Of a DNA stretch of 64,000 nt, positions 1 through 14,863 are shown one piece after another. This stretch comes from Chrysomallon squamiferum (lineage: Eukaryota; Animalia; Mollusca). Numbering within the stretch: position 1 is the stretch's first letter; the number at the start of each line of letters is the position of its first letter. Below the pieces are notes generated by a model, which was given only the letters and a program-made list of their open reading frames with translations, was not told the origin of the DNA and did no database searches. The translations under genes and the position numbers were made by a program. Where the stretch lies: NCBI GenBank assembly GCA_012295275.1, contig CM022675.1, positions 4,712,001 to 4,776,000 of the forward strand, in the 5' to 3' direction.

Positions 1-169
1 ATTTAAAAACACGTTACAAAAATTTGGTGTGTTTTTTTTTTTTGCGGGCTGGAACGGATTAATGGTATTTCAATTAATTTCGTTTGGGAAAATTGATTTG
101 ATATACGAGCAAATTGAGATACGAGCTCGGTCACAGAACGAATTAAACTCGTAAGTCAAGGTACCACTG
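1..169. mobile_element. Right end of a pogo/Tigger-like (Tc1/mariner superfamily) non-autonomous DNA transposon
   Basis: Ends ...ctcgtaagtcaaggtaccactg followed by TA; the reverse complement CAGTGGTACCTTGACTTACGAG resembles pogo/Tigger TIRs. It is absent at the paralogous flank positions (~21040, ~31080, ~44430). The left end lies outside the window. Confidence 0.6.
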
Positions 170-179
170 TATATCTATA

Positions 180-930
180 TATAGTAAAATAATAAATGAA
201 AAACATCAAGTTAGAAAAGAATATATATATATCTGTATATTACATTACTTCATATTATATATGTATTCAATATAATCAGCTAAGGATATTTTAATATTAT
301 TATTTTAATAATCCTTCGTATACATTTTGCATTTTCTGTTTCGTACTGGAAGTCTGTTTTATACTAACATTTTTACTATTAACCTAACTTTATTGTGATA
401 CAGTAAACTTCGCTACTATTCAAATAGATCATCCGGTGTATCGATATATTTTGACTTTCGAATGATTGATTTATTTTCTGTTTCAAGTGATATTTGAATA
501 AAAATGGATTAATGGAAAATCTTATCTTTGTGTTTATTATAACAGTGTTACTTTGTAGTGTGAAAAAAAGTTTTAATTTTAATTGAAAGTACTTTGGGAC
601 AACGTCCATTCTGTACGGTTTTGTGAACGTATTTCACTAACATCGTTCATACACTACTTGTTACGTTCACGTGGTTTTGTCTACAGTTTTCTTCATATAA
701 ACAGTTTCATCCAAACAAAAATTAAATATCTTAGTTTCATTTCTTTGTCAAGTATAAAAGGTTTTGTCACCCGAAAGAAGTAGAAAATCTTCATGGAACA
801 TTTCTGTAAAGTCTGTTAAATATGTTCCAGAGAAAATCTCGCTTCAGAAGGGGTCCTTGAAATGTCAGGTTTGCTCAAAATGGTGATTGCGAGAAAAGTG
901 GTTAAAAAAAAATAAACATTAAAAAATGAC
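180..930 (+). repeat. Segmental-duplication 3' flank block, implying another paralog upstream of the window
   Basis: Alignable by eye to ~21040-21780, ~31080-31815 and partly ~44430-44670, each of which follows a receptor last exon. Shared string cactaacatcgttcatacactacttgttacgttcacg. Confidence 0.85.
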
Positions 931-934
931 ATCA

Positions 935-1206
935 CCACACACTCACACACACACATACACACACGCAATCTCTCTCTCTCTTTCACACATACACACACAC
1001 GCACGGACACATACACAAACACACACAGTTTCTCTCACACACACACTCACACACTCACACACACATACACATACACACATTTTCTCACACACATATATAC
1101 TCACTCTCACACACACACATACACACACGCACACAAACACACGCACACACACGCTATCACACACACTCTCTTTCTCACTCACGCACGCACATGCTCACAC
1201 ACACAC
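935..1206. repeat. Degenerate (CA)n/(CT)n microsatellite
   Basis: Visible dinucleotide tract; source of the spurious His-Thr and Val-Cys ORFs. Confidence 0.95.
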
Positions 1207-1371
1207 GATGTCTTTCTAGAGGTATTTTCGTGTTTATGTGGTTTATATTATTTTACATCTGAACATTCTAAAAGTTGATTTTCAAGAACCTCGGTTTACC
1301 ACAGCTTTGTTTTTATTTCTAGCTGCATTCAGTGAAGTGAGAGTGACGAGCTCTCTAAATGAGGGAAATAC

Positions 1372-1544
1372 AACTGTGAAACTTAGTGTGATGTAATATA
1401 TTAATTTTATTTTAACTGTGAAACTTAGTATAATGTAATGTATTAATTTTATTTTAACTGTGAAACTTAGAGTAATGTAATATATTAAGTTTATTTTAAC
1501 TGTGAAACTTAGTGTAATGTAATATATTAATTTTATTTTAACTG
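1372..1544. repeat. 42-bp minisatellite, 4 copies
   Basis: Unit aactgtgaaacttagtgtgatgtaatatattaattttatttt starting at 1372, 1414, 1456 and 1498, with a few substitutions and no spacers. Confidence 0.95.
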
Positions 1545-1757
1545 TTTTTGTGAGACAACTGTTCTTGATATCTCACCATCTTGGCATGATTGCTTTTGAG
1601 GCTTCACAGACTGGGTCCATCTGTAAAAACAGTGTGAAGTTCCAGTTAACTGATTACAACAACAAACAGCAAACTTTAACTAACAGAGTGACTATCATCT
1701 CAAACCAGTGTTATCAGTCACATATTTCTCACAGATCATATATATTTAATTGTAAAT

Positions 1758-1817
<60 letters not shown>

Positions 1818-2959
1818 GCGATGTATTAATGATATTAATAACAATGGGAGGGTAAGAAAGAACAAGAAAGATAAAATCTGACAGTAAGAGATAGGAGAGA
1901 TTATGACGACCTCTGTGACAACGTCGTTGTGTAATCGCGTGTGTGTGTGTTCTGCGCCATTTGCCAATCTGAGCTATCTTAGACTGCGCTGTACTTTATT
2001 ACGATCCACAAAACTCGCGGTAAACTCAAGTCAGGTCAGTTACACCCGTCCTAACCGTGAAACTGCGTGTTTCACTAGAGACAGCACATCATTATTAAAC
2101 TATACACTGTAAACCTGCCTGATTTCATTTTTGTTTGTGACACACACATACACACCCTGAATTTGAGTGAAACCTTTTTCGTAATTAAACTAATACAAAA
2201 AGTGTGGCCTAATCTACACTGATCTGTATATTAAACAAAAAACACGTGTTGTGTTTAAAATGAAGGAGATTCACTGATAATATCATAGGATATAACTAAA
2301 GAAATAAAGTTCAGTTCTTATCTTTTTTTTATTTTTTTTTCTTTTTTTTTTTTTTTTCTAGTCGTGGTGAGTACAAAAATGTGACAAAACACGTTGTTAT
2401 CTCATTACTACCTGGGAGACCTGACATTCGTCAACTTCAAAGTTTCTAGTTTAACAAAGTGAAACAAGAAATTTTATAGAATGGAGAGTGACTGTCATCA
2501 CTAAACATAAACAACACAAGCGACTTTATTTTGTTATAAACAATCGGCAAATGAAAATCACAGAACAGACAAGCAGAATTTGAAACTGAATGAATTTAAA
2601 GAATTTATTTGCAGACAAAGATTATTGTTCTTTACCATTACGACAAAGAATTTTAAGAATACATAAACTACATTACAGGTAGAATTTAGCCAACTGTGAA
2701 GATGATCTAAATTGTAGCTGTTCGTTTAACTAGTATTAACATTCTATACATTAATGCTCGAATTATACAAACTTATTATTAACTGTTTTTAAACAAATGT
2801 GACAGGTCAAAGTTCTTTTTATAAATAAGACATTTACTAGATTAGTAGAACCAGTAATATCCAACACTTCTCGTATTTGTCAGCTTTGCAAACAACTGAA
2901 GTAGACACTGGTTTTTAATCTAATATTGTCTATTCTCTCTGTAGTCTTACGTTGTCGTC

Positions 2960-3215
2960 CTGAAAATTAGCTGCGAACAGATGTTTAAGAAAACAGGCTG
3001 GTAATACGTAAATATAGGAAAATAGGCTGAGAATTCGTATTGACAAAAACAAGCTGGAAATACGTATACGTGAAAACAAGCTGTGAACACGTCTATATAA
3101 AAATAACCTGGGAATAGGTATTTAAGTGAAAATTAGCTGTGAACAGCTGTATATGAAAATATGTTGTGAATAGGTGAAAATAAATCGGGAATAGGTGCTG
3201 TGTGAAAACAAACTG
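2960..3215 (+). repeat. Degenerate ~27-bp tandem repeat upstream of first exon (gaaaatNagctgggaatagNt-like)
   Basis: About 9 diverged units; paralogous arrays at ~22170-22480 and ~32775-33015, with remnants before each gene C first exon. Confidence 0.7.
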
Positions 3216-3556
3216 TATTTATATTTTGTGTGTTTGTATTTGTGTGTGTCTAGATGTATGGATATATACATATATGTATGTGTGTATGTATCTATGTAAC
3301 ACCGACACGAAGTTACAAACAATGTATTCTGTAATCTAAGTAGCCAGTCATTGATCAAGATTTACTGTGAAGCGACTAGCTGTGTGCGCTAAGGTTCCAG
3401 TTCATGGATTCTATACACAGTGGACTGGTGACTTTTGTCTGATTACTCTGTGTATTAATGTCTACTTAGTTGTTGTTTTAGCAAAGCTCGGTTTTATATC
3501 GACTTGCGTAAGAAGTTTCGTATATAAAAATAAAGAGAAGAAAACAAAAAGAAATA

Positions 3557-4773
3557 ATGAATTTAGTAACAGCAGTGATTATATTAACGATCTACAATCA
3601 AGCTACAGGTGCAGAAAGACTAAGTAAGTTTTTTATTTATTTTAAATTAACTGTATGTTACACTTCAAGTCTTTTCAAATATGTATAAGGGAGGGGGACA
3701 TAATTTAAAATGTTTAAGTTTACTTAAGTTTTATTCGTTGATTAAAAGGGATTTTAGAATTGTTATTTCCTGTATATGGTGATTATATTTTAAGGCACAG
3801 AAGCAGACCTTTTTCAAAATAGCGTCTATTGAATGTCTAATGGATTTTTAACATGAAATTCTTGTATCATTGTTATACTATCAACAACAACAAAATAAAC
3901 AACAATAATGATAGTGATGAAAATCAAAATAACTGCATAGCGTAACAATAAAAGATAATATAATGTAAATAAGAGTTTCCACTTCAGATAACATGTCTTA
4001 ATACAACGGTAAAAAATTACATAATACCATAAAATAGCAGGTTTTAATATAATATCTTTTAAAAACACACTCCTTACTATAAACGCAAAATTACTTAAAA
4101 TAACTTAACATAACTTAATTAAAACTTGTCACCAGTGTGAATATAGAGTAGTAAATAAAACACCATGTAATATGTTAAGGGTAAAATCTAATACCAAAGT
4201 AAAATAATTGAAACTGTATTAATGAATGCTACAGGTTATAATGTGAATGGACAAAAAACAAACATATATATACACACACACACAGACACACAAACACACA
4301 CACACACACACACACACATAAACAAAAACAAAGAAACAGAAAGAGATAGAGAGCTATGTATTCTGCAGAGCATAAAATAACAAAAAGTTATATTTCAGAA
4401 TTAGCTGTCTATAACAACAAAAACAACAACAACAACAACAATAATAATAATAAAGTGAAAAGATGACTTACAAATATGTTTATATTGAAAAACGAATTTG
4501 ATATCTTTTCGAGATAAACTTTTATATATTTACAGATAATGTAACAATATCAACGTCCACGTCAGTGACAACAACTGGGAAAGAGACTGAGAAAACAACA
4601 GCTGCAAAGACTTCTGAACCAGAAGAGATAATTCCAACAAAAGAATCCACTGAGACAGATCATCCATCAAGCAAGTCAGGTCAGTTTCAGTTTTACTATT
4701 TTGTTTTAAGAGTTTTAACTAATTTTATTTCACTAAATTTAATTTACTAGATATATTTTTTTAGTTTTTATTC

Positions 4774-4816
<43 letters not shown>

Positions 4817-5191
4817 TTTGTTTATTTACTTGTTTCAGTTTATCAGATTTTAACAAATTTTTATTTACTAGATTTATTTACAACTTTTACTAAATCTAAT
4901 TTCTAAATTTATTTACTACTTTTAATTCATTAAACTTATTCTATTAATTTTATGGCTAGTATTCTTATACTAGCTTTGTTCAAATTCCTTAAATTTATTT
5001 TTCTCTCTTTCAAATGTCTTATTTAATTTACAAGAATTAATTTATTTGGTAGCTTTGTGTTAATTTGCTAGAATTATTCTGCTAAACTTATAAAAATGAA
5101 TTTCTGCTAAAATTAGTAAAATTACTTCAATAATAAGTAAAATAAATAAATAAATAAATAAAAAACATTTACATAGTTCATTTTCTTAGAT

Positions 5192-5283
<92 letters not shown>

Positions 5284-5375
5284 TGTGCAAATCTTTTTAT
5301 GTATGTGTGTAGTTAAATGTTCTGCTTGGCATAAAATAGCGATTCAGTTTTACAATTAGCTGTCTACAAAACAAA

Positions 5376-5438
<63 letters not shown>

Positions 5439-5796
5439 GTTATAATTATAATAAAAATAAAGTGAAAAGATGAATAATAAGCATTTTTATATTGAAAAAA
5501 GAATCTAATATCTTTTTGAGATAATCTTTTGTACATTTACAGATAATGTAACTGCACAAGTATCAACGTCCACTTCAGTGACAACAACTGGGAATCAGAC
5601 CCTTAAAACAACAGCTGCAACTACTTCTGAACCAGGGGAGATAATTCCAACAAAAGAATCTGCTGAGACACATCATACATCAAACAAGTCAGGTTAGTTT
5701 TAATTTTACTATTTTGTTTTAAGAGTTTTAACTAATTTTATTTCTCTAATTTAATTTACTGGTTTTATTTTATTTATTTTTATTTATTTATTTTTA

Positions 5797-5830
<34 letters not shown>

Positions 5831-5933
5831 CTTTATTTATTTATTTATTTATTTATTTGTTTCAATAATTTATTTCAATAATAAATACAATAAATAAATA
5901 AAAACATTTTCATAGTTAACTGTTCTTAGTTTA

Positions 5934-6009
<76 letters not shown>

Positions 6010-6639
6010 TGTGTGTGTTTTTGTGGACATTTTTTTATGTGTGTGTATCTAAGTATTCTGGATGGCATAAAACAACAGTCCAATTTCAGAATTACCTGTC
6101 TATCATATAAAATAATAATAACAATAACAATAACAACAACAATAATAATAATAATAACAGTCATAATAATAAAGTGAAAAGATGACTTACAAATATTTTT
6201 ATATTGAAAAAAGAATCTAATATCTTTTTGAGATAATCTTTTGTACATTTACAGATAATGTAACTGCACAAGTATCAACGTCCACTTCAGTGACAACAAC
6301 TGGGAATCAGACCCTTAAAACAACAGCTGCAACTACTTCTGAACCAGGGGAGATAATTCCAACAAAAGAATCCACTGAGACACAACATACATCAAACAAG
6401 TCAGGTTAGTTTTAATTTTACTATTTTGTTTTATGAGTTTTTACTAATTTTATTTCACTAAATTTAATTTACTGGTTTTATTTTATTTATTTTTATTTAT
6501 TTATTTTTAATTTATTTATATATATATATATATCTTTATTTATTTATTTATTTATTTATTTATTTGTTTCAATAATTTATTTCAATAATAAATACAATAA
6601 ATAAATAAAAACATTTTCATAGTTAACTGTTCTTAGTTT

Positions 6640-6689
<50 letters not shown>

Positions 6690-6690
6690 C

Positions 6691-6724
<34 letters not shown>

Positions 6725-7694
6725 TGTGTGTGTGTGTGTGTGTGTGTTTTTGTGGACATTTTTTATGTGTGTGTATCTAAGTATTCTGGATGGCATAAAA
6801 GAACAGTCCAATTTCAGAATGACCTGTCTATCATATAAAATAACAATAACAAGAACAATAATAATAATAATAATAATAATAACAGTCATAATAATAAAGT
6901 GAAAAGATGACTTACAAATATTTTTATCTTGAAAAAAGAATCTAATATCTTTTCGAGGTAATCTTTTGTACATTTACAGATAATATAACTGCAAAAGTAT
7001 CAACGTCCACATCAACGACAACAACTGCGAAACACACCCAGAAAACAACAGCAGCAACTACTTCTGAACCAGGGGAGATAATTCCAACAAAAGAATCTGC
7101 TGAGACACAACATCCATCAAACAAATCAGGTTAGTTTTAATTTTACTATTTAGTTTTAACAGTTTTTACTAATTTTAGTTCACTAAATTTAATTTAACAG
7201 TTTTATTTTATTTATTTATTTTTATTTATTTATTGTTTATTTATATATATCTTTATTTATTTGTTTGTTTATTTATTTGTTTCAGTTTATTAGATTTACT
7301 TTAGAAATTTACGAAATTTATTTATAACTTTTACTAAATTTTACTCCTAGTTTTAATTTACTAGATTTATTTACTACATTTAATTCACTCAATTTATTTT
7401 ATTAATTTTATGGCTAGTATTCATATACTAGCTTTGTTTAAATTAATTAACTTTATTTTTATCTGTTTTTTAAATAGCTTATTTAATTTACAAGCATTAA
7501 TTTAGAAACATTAATTTACTTTTTTTTTTTTTTTAAATTTATTTTCTATATTTTGCTAGCTTTGTGTTAATTTACTAGTATTACTCTGCTAAACTTATTA
7601 AAATTAATTTCTGCTAAAAGTTGTAAAGTTACTTCAATAATAAGTAAAATAAATAAATAAATAAAAAACATTTACATAGTTAATTTTCTTAGAT

Positions 7695-7771
<77 letters not shown>

Positions 7772-8286
7772 GTGTGCACATTTTTTTATGTGTGTGTATC
7801 TATGTATTCTGGATGGCATAAAATAACAGTCCAATTTCAGAATTACCTGTCTATCATATAAAATAATAATAACAATAACAATAACAATAATAATAATAAT
7901 AATAATAACAGTAATAATAATAAAGTGAAAAGATGACTTACAAATATTTTTATATTGAAAAAAGAATCTAATATCTTTTCGAGATAATCTTTTGTACATT
8001 TACAGATAATGTAACTGCACAAGTATCAACGTCCACTTCAGTGACAACAACTGGGAATCAGACCCTTAAAACAACAGCTGCAACTACTTCTGAACCAGGG
8101 AGATAATTCCAACAAAAGAATCCACTGAGACACAACATACATCAAACAAGTCAGGTTAGTTTTGATATCACTATTTTGTTTTATGAGTTTTTACTAATTT
8201 TATTTCTCTAATTTAATTTACTGGTTTTATTTTATTTATTTTTATTTATTTATTTTTAATTTATTTATATATATATATATATATCT

Positions 8287-8317
<31 letters not shown>

Positions 8318-8417
8318 TTTGTTTCAATAATTTATTTTAATAAATACAATAAATATTCATAAAACAGCTTTGTTTTCATAGTTAACTATTTTTATCTGTT
8401 TTTAAATAGCTTATTTA

Positions 8418-8476
<59 letters not shown>

Positions 8477-9123
8477 ACTAGTATTAGCTAAATGTTCTGC
8501 TTGGCTAAAATAAAATAACAGTTCAGTTTCAGAATTAGCTGTCTAAATAAAAAAAAAACATTTACATATAATTTAATAAGATAAATAACAAGAAGAAGAA
8601 GAAGAAGAAGGAGAAGAATAGATGGAATAAAATAATAATAATAATAGTAATAATTATAATAACAAAAAATAAATTAAAAAAGATGACCAACAAAGCATTT
8701 TTATATTGAAAAAGAATCTAATATGTTTTCAAGATGATAATTTATATATTTACAGATACTATAACTGCACCAGTATCAATGTCCACATCAGTGACAACAG
8801 CGAAACAGACTGAAAACAACAGCAGCAACTACTTCTGAACCAGGGGAGATAATTTCAACAAAAGAATCTGCTGAGACACATCATACATCAAACAAGTCAG
8901 GTCAGTTTTAATTTTACTATATTGTTTTAAGAGTTTCAACTAATTTTATTTCTCTAATTTAATTTACTAGTTTTATTTTATTTATTTTTATTTATTTATT
9001 TTTAATTTATTATATATATATATATATATCTTTATTTATTTATTTATTTGTTTCAATAATTTATTTCAATAATAAATACAATAAATAAATAAAAATATTT
9101 TCATAGTTAACTGTTCTTAGTTT

Positions 9124-9165
<42 letters not shown>

Positions 9166-10103
9166 AAATCTTTTTATGTATTCGTGTCGCTAAATGTTCT
9201 GGATGGCATAAAATAACAGTCCAATTTCAGAATTACCTGTCTATCATATAAAATAATAATAACAATAACAATAATAAAAATAATAATAATAATAACAGTC
9301 ATAATAATAAAGTGAAAAGATGACTTACAAAATATTTTTATATTGAAAAAAGAATCTAATATCTTTTCGAGATAATCTTTTGTACATTTACAGATAATGT
9401 AACTGCACAAGTATCAACGTCCACTTCAGTGACAACAACTGGGAATCAGACCCTTAAAACAACAGCTGCAACTACTTCTGAACCAGGGGAGATAATTCCA
9501 ACAAAAGAATCTGCTGAGACACAACATCCATCAAACAAATCAGGTTAGTTTTAATTTTACTATTTAGTTTTAACAGTTTTTACTAATTTTAGTTCACTAA
9601 ATTTAATTTAACAGTTTTATTTTATTTATTTATTTTTATTTATTTATTGTTTATTTATATATATCTTTATTTATTTGTTTGTTTATTTATTTGTTTCAGT
9701 TTATTAGATTTACTTTAGAAATTTACGAAATTTATTTATAACTTTTACTAAATTTTACTCCTAGTTTTAATTTACTAGATTTATTTACTACATTTAATTC
9801 ACTAAATTTATTTTATTAATTTTATGGCTAGTATTCATATACTAGCTTTGTTTAAATTAATTAACTTTATTTTTATCTGTTTTTTAAATAGCTTATTTAA
9901 TTTACAAGCATTAATTTAGAAACATTAATTTACTTTTTTTTTTAAATTTATTTTCTATATTTTGCTAGCTTTGTGTTAATTTACTAGTATTACTCTGCTA
10001 AACTTATTAAAATTAATTTCTGCTAAAAGTTGTAAAGTTACTTCAATAATAAGTAAAATAAATAAATAAATAAAAAACATTTACATAGTTAATTTTCTTA
10101 GAT

Positions 10104-10180
<77 letters not shown>

Positions 10181-11035
10181 CTGTGTGCACATTTTTTTAT
10201 GTATGCGTGTAGCTAAGTGTTTTGGATGGAATAAAATAACAGATCACTTTCAGAATTAGCTGTCTACAATATAAAATAATAATAAGAATAATAAGAATAA
10301 TAATAATAATAAGAATAATAATAATAATAAAGTGAAAAGATGACTTACAAATATTTTTATATTGAAAAAAGAATCTAATATGTTTTTGAGATAATCTTTT
10401 GTACATTTACAGATAATGTAACTACACCAGTATCAACGAACATGTCAATGACAACAACAGCAAAACAGACCCTTAAAACAACAGCAGCAACTACTTCTGA
10501 ACCAGGGGAGATAATTTCAACAAAAGAATCTGCTGAGACACAACATCCATCAAACAAATCAGGTTAGTTTTAATTTTACTATTTAGTTTTAACAGTTTTT
10601 ACTAGTTTTAGTTCACTAAATTTAATTTAACAGTTTTATTTGATTTATTTATTTTTATTTATTTATTGTTTATTTATATATATCTTTGTTTATTTATTTG
10701 TTTATTTACTACATTTAATTCACTAAATTTATTTTATTAATTTTATGGCTAGTATTCATATACTAGCTTTGTTTAAATTAATTAACTTTATTTTTCTCTG
10801 TTTTTTAAATAGCTTATTTAATTTACAAGCATTAATTTAGAAACATTAATTTACTTCTTGTTTTTAATTTATTTTCTATATTTTCTAGCTTTGTGTTAAT
10901 TTACTAGAATTATTCTGCTAAACTTATGAAAATTAATTTCTGCTAAAATTAGTAAAATTACTTCAATAATAAGTAAAATAAATAAATAAATAAATAAATA
11001 AAACCATCTACATAGTTAATTGTTCTTAGATTAAG

Positions 11036-11083
<48 letters not shown>

Positions 11084-11714
11084 TGTGTGCAAATCTTTTT
11101 ATGTATTTGTGTAGCTAAATGTTCTGCTTGGCATAAAATAACAGTTCAGTTTCAGAATTAGCTGTCTACAATACAAAGTAATAATAATAATAATAACAAG
11201 AAGAATAAGAAGAAGAAGAAGAATAGCAGTAATAATAATAGTAATAATTATAATAAAAATAAAGTGAAAAGATGACCAATAAGCATTTTTATATTGAAAA
11301 AAGAATCTAATATGTTTTCAAGATGATAATTTATATATTTACAGATACTATAACTGCACCAGTATCAATGTCCACATCAGTGACAACAGCGAAACAGACT
11401 GAGGAAACAACAGCAGCAACTACTTCTGAACCAGGGGAGATAATTTCAACAAAAGAATCTGCTGAGACACATCATACATCAAACAAGTCAGGTCAGTTTT
11501 AATTTTACTATATTGTTTTAAGAGTTTCAACTAATTTTATTTCTCTAATTTAATTTACTAGTTTTATTTTATTTATTTTTATTTATTTATTTTTAATTTA
11601 TATATATAGATATAGATATCTTTATTTATTTATTTATTTGTTTCAATAATTTATTTCAATAATAAATACAATAAATAAATAAAAACATTTTCATAGTTAA
11701 CTGTTCTTAGTTTA

Positions 11715-11782
<68 letters not shown>

Positions 11783-12601
11783 CAAATCTTTTTATGTATT
11801 CGTATCATATAAAATAATAATAACAATAACAATAATAATAATAATAATAATAATAAAGTGAAAAGATGACTTACAAAATATTTTTATATTGAAAAAAGAA
11901 TCTAATATCTTTTCGAGATAATCTTTTGTACATTTACAGATAATGTAACTGCACAAGTATCAACGTCCACTTCAGTGACAACAACTGGGAATCAGACCCT
12001 TAAAACAACAGCTGCAACTACTTCTGAACCAGGGGAGATAATTCCAACAAAAGAATCCACTGAGACAGAACATCCATCAAACAAGTCAGGTCAGTTTTAA
12101 TTTTACTATTTTGTTTTATTTATTTTTATTTATTTATTTTTAATTTATTTACTTGTTTCAGTTTATTAGATTACTAATTACAAATTTTTATTTACTAGAT
12201 TTATTTACAACTTTTACTAAATTTAATTCCTAGTTTTAATTTACTAGATTTATTTATGACTTTTACTAAATTTAATTCCTAGTTTTAATTCACTAAATTT
12301 ATTTTATTAATTTTATGGCTAGTATTCATATACTAGCTTTGTTTAAATTAATTAACCTTATTTTTATCTGTTTTTTAAATAGCTTATTTAATTTACAAGC
12401 ATTAATTTAGAAACATTAATTTTTTTTTTTTTTAAATTTATTTTCTATATTTTGCTAGCTTTGTGTTAATATACTAGTATTACACTGCTAAACTTATTAA
12501 AATTAATTTCTGCTAAAAGTTGTAAAGTTACTTGAATAATAAGTAAAATAAATAAGTAAATAAATAAATAAAAAACATTTACATAGTTAATTTTCTTAGA
12601 T

Positions 12602-12664
<63 letters not shown>

Positions 12665-13582
12665 CTGTGTGCAAATGTTTTTATGTATGCGTGTAGCTAA
12701 GTGTTTTGGATGGAATAAAATAACAGATCACTTTCAGAATTAGCTGTCTACAATATAAAATAATAATAATAAGAATAATAAGAATAATAATAATAATAAA
12801 GTGAAAAGATGACTTACAAATATTTTTATATTGAAAAAAGAATCTAATATGTTTTTGAGATAATCTTTTGTACATTTACAGATAATGTAACTACACCAGT
12901 ATCAACGAACATGTCAATGACAACAACAGCAAAACAGACCCTTAAAACAACAGCAGCAACTACTTCTGAACCAGGGGAGATAATTTCAACAAAAGAATCT
13001 GCTGAGACACAACATCCATCAAACAAGTCAGGTTAGTTTTACTTTTACTATTTTGTTTTAAGAGTTTTAACTAATTTTATTTGAGTAAATTTAATTTACT
13101 AGATATATTTTTTTAGTTTTTATTCTGATTTATTTATTTATTTACTTCTTTCAGTTTATTAGATTTACTTTACTAATTTTTATTTACTAGATTTATATAC
13201 AACTTTTACTAAATTTAATTCCTAGTTTTAATTTACTAAATTTATTTACTATATTTAATTCACTAAATTTATTCTATTAATGTCTAGTATTCATATACTA
13301 GCTTTGTTTAAATTAATTAACTTTATTTTTCTCTGTTTTTTAAATGGCTTATTTAATTTACAAGCATTAATTTAGAAACATTAATTTAATTTTTTTTAAA
13401 TTTAGTATCTATATTTTGGTAGCTTTGTGTTAATTTACTAGAATTATTCTGCTAAACTTATTAAAATTAATTTTTGCTAAAAGTTGTAAGGTTACATCAA
13501 TAATAAGTAAAACAAATAAATAAAAAATAAAAAACATTTACATAGTTAATTTTCTTAGATAAAGAGAGAGACAGACAGACAC

Positions 13583-13633
<51 letters not shown>

Positions 13634-13805
13634 GTGTTTGTGCAAATGTTTTTATGTATTCGTGTAGCTAAGTGTTCTGCTTGGCATAAAATAACAGTTC
13701 ACTTTCAGAATTAGCTGTCTACAATATAAAATAATACTAATAATAATAATAATAATAATAATAACAATAAGAAGAAGAAGAAGAAGAAGAATAGTAGTAA
13801 TAATA

Positions 13806-13847
<42 letters not shown>

Positions 13848-14649
13848 GTAATAATTATAATAAAAATAAAGTGAAAAGATGACTAATAAGCATTTTTATA
13901 TTGAAAAAAGAATCTAATATGTTTTCAAGATCATCTTTTGTACATTTACAGATAATGTAACTGCACCAGTATCAACGTACACATCAGTGACAACAGCGAA
14001 TCAGACTGAGAAAACAACAGCAGCAACTACTTCTGAACCAGGGGAGATAATTTCAACAAAAGAATCCACTGAGACACAACATACATCAAAGAAGATAGGT
14101 TAGTTTTAATTTTACTATTTTGTTTTAAGAGTTTTAACTAATTTTATTTTTCTAATTTAATTTACTTGTTTTATTTTATTTATTTATTTTTATTTATTTA
14201 TTTATTTGTTTGTTTATTTACTTGTTTCAGTTTATTAGATTTACTTTAGAATATTTTATTTTTGAGATTTATTTACAACTTTTACTAAATTTTATTCCTA
14301 GTTTTAATTTACTCGATTTATTTACTACATTTAATTCACTAAATTTATTTTATTAATTTTATGGCTAGTATTCATATACTGGCTTTGTTTAAATTAATTA
14401 ACTTTATTTTTCTCTGTTTTTTAAATGGCTTATTTAATTTAGAAGCATTAATTTAGAAACGTTAATTTCCTTTTTATTAAATTTATTTTCTATATTTTGG
14501 TAGCTTTGTGTTAATTTACTAGAATTATTCTGCTAAACTTATTAAAATTAATTTCTGCTAAAATTAGTAAAATTACTTCAATAATAAGTAAAATAAATAA
14601 ATAAATAAATAAATAAATAAAACCATCTACATAGTTAATTGTTCTTAGA

Positions 14650-14726
<77 letters not shown>

Positions 14727-14832
14727 TGTGTGTGCAAAATTTTTTATGTATGCGTGTAGTTAAATGTTCTGCCTGGCATAAAATAACAGTTCAGTTTTAC
14801 AGTTAGCTGTCTACAAAACAAAGTAATAATAA

Positions 14833-14863
<31 letters not shown>

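Noticed and set aside
816-1219. His-Thr and Val-Cys ORFs (also 27367-27859, 32997-33758, 34636-34935, 54817-55108)
   Set aside because: Translations of CA/TG/TGTA microsatellites.
1372-1544. CRISPR array
   Set aside because: Head-to-tail repeats with no unique spacers.
3367-3627. ORF ending [17 protein letters not shown] (also 33998-34225)
   Set aside because: Wrong frame over the signal-peptide exon; the hydrophobic [11 protein letters not shown] frame splices correctly downstream.
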